Origin: Chrysomallon squamiferum
Taxonomy: Eukaryota > Animalia > Mollusca
Direction of reading: 5' to 3'
Assembly (NCBI GenBank): GCA_012295275.1
Contig: CM022665.1
Span: 31,806,001-31,870,000 of the forward strand
DNA length: 64,000 nucleotides
Every line of letters starts with the position of its first letter. The stretch's first letter is position 1. Positions 15,036 through 28,396 of this stretch are shown here, one piece after another. Position numbers and translations under genes: made by a program. The notes below the pieces were generated by a model. It did not search any database, was not told where the DNA came from, and worked only from the letters and a program-made list of their open reading frames with translations.

Positions 15036-18000
15036 ATCATTATTGTAGCATTTGATATATTAAGCCAGAGGAAAATACCAAAAATAAAAAAAATGTTTTG
15101 TCATTACAGAAAGGAAAATTGATATGATTACCCATCATAAGTTAATATAATGTGAAAATTATACAGCAAGCTTTGATCTTGTCATATAATATTACTTCCC
15201 CTGAAGAATATTTAATGTTATTTTTTGTTTTATTTTTTATTTTTTTTAAAGAAATGTGGCTTCTGATTTAAAACATATTTGGACTGATTATTCAGGATCA
15301 TTTGACCTATTACTTGTTTAAGAAATTATAAAACTTAAAATAGAATGAAGTTATTTTCCCTAAAATACATATAAGCCATAACCGACAGTTCAGAGTGTGT
15401 GGAGTATGACTGGATGCAGGAACAATTTCCTGAGTTTGCCTACAAATGTATTTCTCATTCCAACCATTGCTTCAGTCTGGGTGTATAAAAGGTTATAGTA
15501 TGTGCTATCCTAGTGGATGATGCAAATAAAATATCCCTTGCTGCTAATTCTTAGAGGTATCCTATGACAGGTTCATCTCATTATTATTATTGTTATTATT
15601 ATTATTATCATCATCATTATATAGAAACAATAGATGACATCTAATAACCATTAATATTAAAAAATCTTAAAATGTCTTTATAAATTAATTCATTTACATA
15701 TTTATTTATTTATTTAATACAACTGAAAATATCAATTTGTTTTCATTTTCTTTCTGAACCCAGGATGTATATATTTATTGAAATAACTTCCTCTGTTCTT
15801 GTAAAGTAGGAAAACAAAAATGATGAAATACAGAATTACTGCATCTGTTGCTTATAATACTAAACATCAGTGGGAAAATCCTAACCTTTCTGAAAATGTC
15901 TTAGAACTATTAAAGTCACTCATAATGCAGAATAACTGTTCACACATGTGGTATATCCCACATCAAAGACAAACAATGCACTATTAGGAAAAGAAGAAAA
16001 CAAATTCACACTGCATAAGTTTACTCAATCATAAAGGTCAGAGGAACTGTTCAATTAGTGGTTTAAGTTTTTACCACATGAGACTGGTGCAGTGAAGAAC
16101 AGAAGTGTATGTTATAGAACAAAAAAGATTCGACGTGTTTCTTTTCAACTGTCATTGAAATACAATAATCTCAACTCAATATTAAAAGCAATTCACAGAT
16201 TACTGAAGGGACCGTTGCTTGTTAATTTTTATCTTGTTTGTTAGTACATAGTTTCAAATATCTGCAGTCAAACTATGTCTTTTTTAGTGTACATGTTCAT
16301 ATAGTTAATTGCTGGATACTTGATTCCACCTTCAAATTCAGTTTGGTTATGTGCAATGCACAGATTATGTTATTACAATTAGTGGAAAATGTATTAAGTT
16401 GTAATTTATTTAATATTTTACAATACAAATCATGGACTAGGTCATGACAGTAAGCTAATGAAAGACTTGAGTTATATTCAGTCATAAAATTTTCTACAAA
16501 AAGAATTAGGTTTGATAATACAGTAACAAAGAGTAAGAAAATATTATATTTCTTCTTTCAGACACACATACATAAATAAAATTACACACAAAATAGATTA
16601 GACAAAAGTGTAATTAAGACAAACAGGCATATACGAAATGGAAACATATGTACCTGGTATAAACAGTCTTAATAAAAATGTTTAAAAAAATTAAAAAAAG
16701 GAAAAGAAAATAGAGGAAAAGAACAAAGGTTTCCAACAAAAATATTCAGCGTATTATTTTCTTACAAAAGAATTCACAGAAATACTTATTTCTGGTCATG
16801 CACACCAATAATATAATTTTGATAATGCCATTTCAGAGATTACAAAAACACACAGATATCTTACACAAATACTTTGCACATTGTTTGGACAGGTAAAAAA
16901 AGCTAGGTAACACTGGGCCAGGTGGTTCTCAACAGACACTAGAGAATAGAAGCAGGCTTCAGTTTCCACAAAGATTCACCCACATCAAATGAAGTGTCAG
17001 TGAGCATATTTATCCAGCTCTGAGATAAAAGTCATCCTTGAAGGAAGAATGGTTTTGGAATTTCAGAACAGCTGGTGCCTGTGTCTTTCTGCAGTGGTAG
17101 GAAAAACAAACTGCAAGTCTGGATTAATAGACAGTCAAGAAACTTTAGACCTCCAGCAGACAAGGTGATAACTGTTTACAGGGGATGACAGTTTCTTTTG
17201 AACTTTTACAGGTGTATAAGGAGTGAAATTTTCCTGATGGTCAATTTTAATATTTATGTGAATGTATACTTTAATGTGCTATGCTAATAGATTAAAATTG
17301 AAAGATTTTTAAATATACAGAGATAAATAAATAGATGGTAGAACTGATTAAATGAAATATCAGAATCTATGGATAAGAAAAGTGATTTGATCAGAAACAG
17401 ATTATCATTATACTACCATCATCACAACTAAGTTATCATCATAACTATTATAACTACCATCATATAACTATCATTTTTTTATATTCTCCATTATGACCAT
17501 CATCATCATGTTATAACCACCATCAACATCGTCACTGCCATTATAAAAATCGTCATCACCGTTATGACACTAATGTAACTTATTATTACCATTATAACCA
17601 TCTTCATCACCATTATAACTATTATAATCATCATTATCACCTAGACAATCATCATCATCATTAACTCACACTGTATTTAAAACAGGTGTGTGACAGTAGA
17701 CTCATGTAATGATACAGATGACAAGAAACATCAGAGCAATGTTTTCAGTGTCAGCAGACAAATGTTTGTCTTACACAACATCTAATGGATGTTACTGACT
17801 GACATTTGACTATCAACACCAGTAAAACAAACTGCACAGAGGATCAATCCTCCTTGGTGGTCCCACTGAGTTATTTTCCATTCCAAATAGTGGATAAGAA
17901 ACAATGCTATATTTTGTTTGTGTCTAAAGGATGATATTTTAATAACCAGAACCCTTTACTGATGAGTTAAAGGATAAAAATTTCTAATTTTTAAAAAATA

Positions 18001-19286
18001 GTAGTAGTAGTAATAGTAATAATAACAACTATAGCAAAAATAGCAAAAAAAAAATAAAAAAAATAAATGATGATCATGATGATGATGAAGATGATGATTA
18101 CAGCAATAATAAAATGGCAACCAAGTATAAAACTTTTAAGATATGTTTCATGGTTTTTTCTCATTAATTACACATAACTAGAATGAATCAATACAGTTCC
18201 CATTACTTTGATTTTTAAACATTTCTATTGAATAATGATGGATGTAAATGCTATTTAGACATTTTCCACTTGATGAAAACTGTTATGAAACATTCAGTCC
18301 ATTTTTATTTTTTATTTATTTTTATGTTTTTTCAAAGCCTGCAGATATCAAGAAGGTCAAAAATAGGAAAAAGTTTCATCAAAAGCCTATCAGATATAGG
18401 ACAGACAGCTACACAAACAGTCAATTGAGCATCATGAAAGGTCAAACAATGAACAGAAAATTAATAGCAAGTGGAGAAAATGAAGAAATATTTGCACTAA
18501 TATTGACAGTCTAACATCATGGATTATTTATAGTTCCTGGTCTTTGGCCAAGAAACCAAGATAAAATGGAGTTGGGTAAAAAAAATAAAAATAATAAAAA
18601 ATAAGAAGGAAAAATGGTTTTCCAGTATTTAAATATGATTTAGATATTAATATATAAAATTTAATTATTTTTTTAAACAGAAAGAAAAAAATGTTTTTCC
18701 AATAGTTAATATGTGATTTAGGTTTGATAATTAAATTGTTATCTAAATAGGTCTGTCAATAACTTGGACAAATATTGTCACATCTGATGGAAAATCATTG
18801 TCTGTTAAATAGTTTGATAAAGAATATTGAAACATTTTTCTCTAAAACTATCACCATTTTTGCAATTCCCTTCAAAACAAAAAATAAAGAACAAATTTAT
18901 ATTTAAAAACTGAAAACTGAGATAAAAGAACACTTTATGGTCTTCTTGCTGTTTTAATGTAATAAATAATAATTTATCTCTTAATCTTAGATTGCATCTG
19001 ATTTAGTGTGGAAAAAAAAAAAAAAAAAAATCATATATATATATATATAAAAAAATACTTTTAGCTAGATTAATCTCACCTCTCAATTCTTATTGCCATG
19101 GAAACAATCCATGGAATGATGAATTATTAGTAGAGATGTGATAATACTGAAGTTATAAACCTCTCAGGTTCAAGATCCTGAAAGCCCATTATTTATAATA
19201 CAGATAATATTGTTTAATAAATATGTATCAATTTTTTAAGGAACAAATTTAAGCTAGGTACAAAAAGAAAACAAAATAAAAATAGA

Positions 19287-19323
<37 letters not shown>

Positions 19324-19470
19324 TTTAAAATACAAATAAATAAATAGTGTAAAACTTTATGTAGTCAGCTAATGTAGTTATATTATACTTTCACTTCTGA
19401 AATTCCATTCTGTTTTTATGACATTAGACTAAATAAATCAAATATCAATATTCCAGTCACAGCAATATTT

Positions 19471-19504
<34 letters not shown>

Positions 19505-22500
19505 ACAGTCTGAAACAGGTTATCAGGCTTTGACTGAGCATGTAAAACCTTTATAACACAATCATAAACCTTTATACCCATTCATAAATACCAATAATAA
19601 TAAAATAAAGTTTAAAAATATCTGTATTATAATCGTAGAAGTGTGCAAAAGAGGAAGCAGTAAGTGATATAAAAAAGTTATATATATTGCTTCTGCAAAA
19701 AAAAAAAAAAAAAATTCCAGTTCAATAACATTACCTTGCAGCAGTAAGTATCCAGACATTATTAAATAACTGGTCACAGAATTGCAACACATTGATTTAA
19801 CAAGCAAAAGAAGAAATGTTAAATCAGTATTCATATATGCTTGATATTGCCAATCCAAGTGCATTAGATATATAAACAAAATGTCAGCAAATCCAAGAAC
19901 ATTTAAAGTATTTTTAATATAAAATATCCATTAAACGAAATGTTTATAAATCCTAGAAAATTTGAAATATCCATTAAAGAAAATATAAATGAATCCTAGT
20001 AAATTTCAAATATCCATTATACAAAATATAAGTATTTCCAAGAAAATTTCACAAATATCCATTATAACAAAATGTATATAAATAAATAAAATAATGTTCA
20101 ATATTTGTAATGTAAGCTAAGCCTGTATTTAATTAACATGAATCTACCATCAAAACACACATCTGGCTGCCAACTGATCATAAAATAGTACTTGCTAAAG
20201 AAGCCTCTTCTGTAAACATGATTTGATTAAGATTACATTGCTGATGTAATTTTCATCTGATTGCAGATACAGGTGATGAAAGCTGCAGATAGCCAATAGA
20301 GGATTAATGTTGCTGTTTTTAATTATATAAAACTAATGTAGTTTGCAAGATTAAACATCTTTTCAATCTCACTTTGGGTGTGTGTGTGTGTTACAATACT
20401 ATACATCAGTGTTATTAAAAACAGGTAGAATAAACATACAGACACATACACTAAAATATTCATATTTAGTTTAAATATCAAGCTACTTCACTGCTAACAC
20501 ATTAAAAGACTAAATTGTTCAACTTGTTACATTTAGCTCTTTAAATACTTAATCAATGCTTAGACCAACAATTATGAGTTTCTTTTATTCTGAACATACA
20601 GCTTAGAATGGATTTAAGAATGCACCAAACTGGGGTTACAGCACCAAAGCACCAAATTCCACAGACATATTTTCTGCTGGTAATGATGTTTTCATTTCTT
20701 AGAAATTGGCTGCAGTGGCAAAGGGTTGTGTTGGAATACAAAGAAAGCAACACAAACCTTTCATGAAAACAAGCAAATCATTTGCTTAAAAGGCCACACA
20801 TATTTTAGAAGCTTTAACTTCTTTTAAATCCCCCCCAAAATGTTTATAAAACAATACAAAAAACCAACACAGGTATATACATACAGATACTTATAGGTAT
20901 GGTTATATACACATACACATGAACATGTACATACAAATATACATACATACATACATATATTCAGAAAGACAGACATACAAATACACACACACACACATGC
21001 ATCACTTAGAAGGCTTGGTACATTTCTGTTATAGAATGTAAAAGCATGGTGCCTTGCTTATTCTGATTATCTCTAGTAAAAGAAAATATTTTTAAATGTT
21101 AAGTCTTGGAGTATTAGTGTTATCTTGTTTTAATAAATTTAATATGTTTAAATATGGGTAACTTCAGTGCTAAATACCATTCTTTCAGTGCACAACTACT
21201 GATAATGATACAGGTTTTTCATATTTTTATATTCATGCATGCAATAATTTTTTAACTTGTCCACAGAGAATACATTATTTCCTTAGAACTTGAACAAACT
21301 CATATAATATTTTATTAACCTAATCCTCTCTCTCACAAAACACACACATACATATAGACACATCTAACTCCAAAGATGCTAATATACATAAAGAGCAAGC
21401 TGAAGTAGCCTTCTCTAACCACTAATTCAGAACCTATACTTAAATGTCTTAAGAAACTGAACTATTGCACAACACTGTTTTTACTGGTCATAACCTTTAA
21501 AAAAATGTTTCCCTGCAGACACAATTGTTTTTGGAAGCAAAGAATAGAATATAAAACCACTCCAGTAAACTAGAATAGCTCCATCTTGGCAAAATTTTGG
21601 AAATTTAAATCCTTGCAAAGTGCTTCAGTTTATATTAAAAAAAACCACTACATAATGTTAGTCTCAACCTCACCCCTTCTAGCAACTGTTATGTGATTAA
21701 TTCTACAGTCAGGACCTGTTCAAAGAACTGCAATATTTAATGTCTAAGAAAACATACCAATTTCTCTTAATTTTTTTTTTTTTTTTTTTAAATTTTGATT
21801 TCCCAATATTATTTAGATTGCTCAGAAATGCTATATTGAATCTAACATGTAATTATTATCTCTGTACAATTTATCTGACTGAAACAAGATTAAAATTACA
21901 TTCATTATAATTTAAAAAATGATGCAATTTTGTATCACTAAGCTAGTTGCAGATATAAAATGATATGAACAGTATATTCATATGTATTTACTTTTATTTC
22001 ATTATTGTATTTTGTAACTTAAATAAATTAAAAGATAATGCTCAAGTGCTTGTCTGAGTACTATATGTGTTTTGTATATGACTTATGTTAAATTATTACA
22101 GATTTTGTTTCCCAGATCACACATAATTTCTTTGTGTGATCATTTTTCAGCAAGTATTTTCAATTACCAAACACATATTTTATCTGTCATTCCTAATAAA
22201 AAATAAAATAATGAAATACTTAAGAAAACAAAAAACTCTGGTTTAAATGTTAAAACTCCAACCAATGACAAATAAGGTTAGAAAGTCTTTGCAAATCTTT
22301 ACACCAATGGAAACAAAGGTTAAAAATAAACATAACCCCTTTCTACTCCATCTGTTTTTGTTTTACATGATCACCAATACCACAAATGTCAAATAAAGCT
22401 ATCCTCTTGCAAAATTTGTTTAAAAAAATAATAATAATAAAAAATAAAATTCAAGGAAAAAAAAAACTAGAACCATAAACATTTTTTTTTGTCAACATAA

Positions 22501-25500
22501 CAAACATAAAAATTTCAAGTTGAAAAATGAAAAAAAAATAAGAGAGAAAAAAAGTAAGCTATCAAAAAATTCTTCTTTGTTATGTCTTAACAAGCATAAA
22601 ATAAATTTCAAACACAAGCTGTGAACAGATGAAACCACAAATTGCTACAGATGTTGTCACCAAATGTGCTTCAAAGAAAGACATATCCTCATAAGTGTTC
22701 ATGCACGTTTTCAAAGAAACCTAATATCCATCTTTAAGTTTAAAAAAGATTTTTCAGTAACACATTTTTCTTTGTTACAAATTCATTTTGGAAAATGTTT
22801 TCAATATTACATTTCTGTTTGCCTAAAATGAAGTAATTTGATTTTTTTAATACAAATTCAATTAAATTTTTTTTTTTTTTTTTTTTTTTCAAATTCATAT
22901 AAATTTCTGTGTTACAAATTCAGCAGTGTAAGATTTTGAGTGTTGCATTTTTCTTTCTTATGAATATAGCAAATCAGTTTTAACAGTTATGTTTTAACTC
23001 AGTGTTGCATTTTTTTCTAAAAATATTTCAGAAGTACATTTTCATCTAAAGAATTTCAGGTACACATATAAAGAAAACTTTAAAAAGAAAGAAAGAAAAG
23101 AACATGATATGTTTTCTCAAATGAAACATTTTTGATGACAACTTTATAGTGTAATGTAATTTTGATAGCGAACATGTTTTTTTGAGAAAATAAAGGAATG
23201 TCAAACTTTAAAATTAAAAATTAAATAAAAGATTAATCATTTAATGGCACTTTTGAAAACAAAATATGAGGTCATGATGAAAGTTTATTTAAATTTACAC
23301 AATTTTCTTTCAAATTTACACAATTTTCTTTCAAAGATTAGAGAAATTGCAAATAAATAAAACTGTACACAAGATACATGTTAAAAAAAAGAAGAAAAAG
23401 GAGTAACAAAAACATCTTTTATTTGTGTAGAAAGTATTAAAAATAGCTTTATATTATAAATAAATAAATATTATTTAATGTTTTACAATTATCTTTCAAA
23501 AATCAAAAAGCAAATAAATTAAACTGAACATGATATACATAAACATTTTAATAAATAAAACATTTTTATCTCTATAGAAGCTAAAAAAAAAAAAAAAAAA
23601 ACAAACAAAATAAAAAACAATCAACAAACAAAATGAAACAATTAAAAAACATTGTAGTAGCTTAATACCAGAAATAAAAAATATAATTTTTGCACACACT
23701 CATGCATACACACATGTATACACACACACACACAAATATCTCAAATATCAGTTGATTTACATACGAATAAAACATACATATAAATAGTAGCTTCATGCCA
23801 GAAAAAAAAAATGTATGCAGATGGAATTGAAAGTATGAAACACAAAGAGGCTGTCAATATCTATTTGTAAACTTCAAAAGAAGTAACTCATGTTAAGCTA
23901 AATAAACTTTGAGATAAGATATCATTTATGGCCAGGTTAAGGTGCAGTTATCAGATGGTGCTTTCCCAAAACATTCTGAAGTTAGTGGAGATATCTTGAA
24001 ACAAAAACTCTTAAGGTATTAAGTTACATTACTTTCATCATAATTATGATTTTGTATTTGAAAAAACAAGTGTGTTAAAGATAATGTAATAATTTTGTAG
24101 CTGAACTTATATTGGGACATGAACAATTAATAAATATAACTTTTAAGTCTAGGTATTAGGATACACAAATACATACAGACACATACATAAATACACACAT
24201 TCAAGGAAACGTAATGCATATAAGACATACACATCATGATGTATGAAAACACAAAGGGAAAAACACTTAATAAATGACAGAATGATTAAAATTTTGGATC
24301 AGTCTATCTAACCAGTGTCGATTAAATTTATTTAATATAAAATCACTTCTTTTTTTTAATAATAAAATAAAATATATAAATAAATAAAATAAAATAAAAT
24401 AAGATAAAATAAAATAAAATAAAATAAAATAAAATAAATGAATGAATGAATAAATAATCAAAAATTAATTATTTAACCAGTGTTAATTATTTTATTTTAT
24501 TATAACAGTATTTCAACCAACCAAACTAAATTCCTTCCTATTATCCTGAAGAATGGATTCCATATTGTCAGGCAGGTCAACATTAATAAAGTCCATTTAC
24601 CATTCACTCTGAATGCATTTTTAAACATTAAAAAAAGATCCTGTCTTGTTAAGGAACAATTCTCAGAAGACTATATTCAGAAACCATTTCACATTACTAT
24701 TTTATTTAATAAACAGTTTACTTTACTCCAATCATTTCCACTGAAAATAATACATTCCAAACACTACAGAAAATTCTTATCAACACTGATTTAAATTCTG
24801 TATTCAAACTCTCATGCAATTTCAGTAACTATAAAAAAAAAATATTATTTTTTTAATCCAGTTTTCATTATTACTTTACCAGTATAGTAATTGAAAAAAG
24901 AAATGTTGCAGCATTTTTACAGTTTCAAGTTAAGTCATTTATTTACTTATAAAACATGAAGTGACTTAAATATGTAACCCAATATAATTCTTTACCTTAT
25001 TTTGCAATGTTGTGCATCATTTCCAAGTCATTCTATGTATAAATTATTTAAATTATATTTTAAACAAATATTTTTTTTTATTTTTTTATCACTTAGTATG
25101 AATCAACAGCACACTGTGTAACAATACAGTGAGTCATAACAGCTAACATTCTCACCTCTGTTGCTGATACCCTGCAGGTGTGAATCATTATTTGATGACA
25201 GCTGACTGTCTTCTTCTTTTTTAAAAAAAAATTCTGACCATTTTCTAATCAATACATATTGCATTAATTACTTTTTTATTGCAGTCACCAATTTGTTTCA
25301 TTATAATATTTGCACGAGGTCTGTTAAATTCACACATTGTCAACCTTACATTCTACAATTTATTTATTTATTGCATTTACTCATTTTTATCATTATAATA
25401 TTTATCTGCAGTCTGCTAGTTTCACACATTTTTAACCTTACATTCTACAATTGATTTATTTATTGCAGTAATTAATTTGCTGCTACATTTATCAGATTTA

Positions 25501-27937
25501 TTATTTGCACTTATTAATTTTCTCTTATATTCATCTAATTTAATTTATTGTTATATTTATCAAATTTATTATTTACATTAATTAATTTTCTCTTATCTTC
25601 AACTAATAAAGGAAACAAAGAACAAAAACAAATTGAAAGAGAAAAAAAGAAAGAATTACAATTATCAAATGAATATTAACATATGAATACTTTCTAATAT
25701 TTCAGATTCCAAAGAACTTGTGCCAAGATTTGAACTAAGAACATATCTGTTTTTCCACTCTTGATTACATAACCAGTAAAACATTAAAAATAAAATTCTT
25801 AATATCAACAGAACCAGTGTTTTTTCAGATGGTAATTTTACTAAAATATATATCTTTCTACCTGATACTGTATTTTTTTAACCACTCTGGGAGTGTTTAT
25901 ACAAAACACATCAGAATTATCTGAAACAGTCTTAATGTATTTTCAACTAGAAGGTACATGGAAATGTTCTGGTTTTTACAAGACTACAGAAAAAAATATA
26001 AACAGATCACAGTCTGCTGTGATGACAATCACAGGACCATGCTGTCTGAAACTTCAGAAGCCTTGTGTAGAACACAGATAAAAAAAAAAATATCCTTACA
26101 TGAATTACTTAAAATTACAAATGTACACTTTTAAAAGGCAGAGGAGCATACTTTTAAAACTGTAGGTTTCTTGTTCACCCTCAAAAAATGAATATTTTGA
26201 AACCAGTGAAATGAAAGATTAGAATTATTATTAGTTTTTACATAATGAATATGCGAGCCAGAGTACAGTAGGTATATACAGATATAACAGGCTCATTTTT
26301 TATTTTTTGTTTGCCATTGTTCTTTATAATGCCCACCCTTGATTATATTAGGTGACACAAAAGAGACAGAGACAAAATAATAATAATAATAACCCTAAAA
26401 CACACATAACTCAGAAACAACACTGCTTATAGGCTATATAATTTCTATAGCTAATATCTTGACATTTTTAAAAACAGTTACTAAAATACTTATTTATTTC
26501 TAGTTAATGTGACAATATGCACATCTTCTTACATGGTTATCTTCTGTATAAATCAGTAGAAAAAAAATAATCTGATACATTTTATTGCATCCTAATTTGG
26601 TTATCTTGCTAAATGTTATGAAAAAATCTCAAAAGATAAAATGGCCAGATTTCATTACAATGTTCAAATAGAGCTAGCAAGCTGTTATGAAAAATACCAA
26701 AAGATAAAATGGACAAATTTCAGAACAATGTTTAAACCATAAAAAATTATTCATAATTAGTCTGCAAACAGCAATTTAAAAAAAATAAAAATAAAAATAT
26801 AAAAATAATCATTGTGAGTGTAAATGAAATATAACTGTTCAAGGAATAACCCAAAAGGTTTCAGACACCAGGAACATGATTGAAAACAGAGGAAGCTTTG
26901 AAAACATGAAAGCAATTCCTAAGGATCATTAAAGCCATGGAACTGAAATGGAAAAACTATTTGCAGAATGGACGTGTGTGAAATACTAAAGACTCAGCCT
27001 GTCATGTTGAAAATAACAAGATCTGAAGACCTGTCAGCAATGAAAAACAAATCATATTGTGTGTAAATAATCACAGCCATTATGACAAGCTACACCTGTT
27101 TTGGAACACAATGGCAGTCATAACCCAAAGCAGCATGCCATTGTCTTTGATTAACTGGCCAAAATGGCTCCCATCACCTGGGAGCGATTAACCCATTTAG
27201 GGTTAAAGACCAGGCTATTTGTTAAAGCATCTGGTCAGCTGTGGTTTCAGACAGCATAAAAGTGGAGAAATATTCTGAACTGAAACAGAGAACTGGAATA
27301 CCTAGAGTCATATAAATAGCTGCCAAAAGATAGATAACTAAAATTTCTTATTATATCATGATTTTTACTGATTTCTTTTTTCAAAGAATATCAAATATTT
27401 TAATAATTTCTTTTAATGTCAATTGATCCTACTGTAATACATTTTGTATGATAATTTCAGTTGTAATCTAGGTGTTACCAGTTAACCAATTACTTTACTT
27501 AGTAACTGTTTTAGAAGATTATTGTTGTTAAAATTAATGCCCAGTGTACAGAATTTTTATTCCATGTAACACCTTCATGTATTTAGCAATCAATTCATAT
27601 GATTAAGTATGATTCCTTGCTTTGACTTTATAAGATTAACTATTACAGAACCTTTGTCAATAAAACTTAAAGATTCCAGTCTTGAGAATCAGAAAGCATA
27701 ATAAAAAGAAATGTTATTCACACAGTACAGATCAAAATAACTTTTTCTGGTAATGGAAGTTCAGAACAGGAAGAAAAGGAAATAATGAAGACAATGAATA
27801 GAGAATTAATGTCTTCTGGTAAAATATGTATTCACTTGTATACTATTTGTTTTGCTACAATTCCACCTGACAGGAATAATATCAGTCACCATCATATGTT
27901 CATTCAGTTTCTTTAAGCATTATACAAATACAGATAT

Positions 27938-27982
<45 letters not shown>

Positions 27983-28365
27983 TAGGCATATACATACATA
28001 TACACACATGCACACACATATACATACATAAAAATGCATTTGTACAGACATTTATGCATGCATGCAAACACACACATGCACATACACTCACAAATGCACA
28101 TACATACACATACACAGATGGCTATAGCTTGATAATTAGTGAAGAGGTCTGAGGTTTTGTTGACCAAATGATCATCCTTCTTTATACAGCATGTGAATGG
28201 TTTATCAAAGGTTTTCCTATCTACAAGAACATGCTAATTGATAAGACTAGCCAGAGAGTTCAAATTTTCTCTTTCATATAATCATTATATAAAAAAAATC
28301 ATATATCCCTTACCTAAAAACTATTAATAATATAACAAGTTGTCATTAAACAAACATTCATTCAT

Positions 28366-28396
<31 letters not shown>

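Noticed and set aside
17175-17190. TTTACAGGGG(G)ATGACA shared with 52784-52800
   Set aside because: A single short match with no flanking similarity; cannot be distinguished from chance.
27187-27207. Small inverted repeat ttaaccc..gggttaa
   Set aside because: A 7-bp stem is expected by chance; no supporting context.
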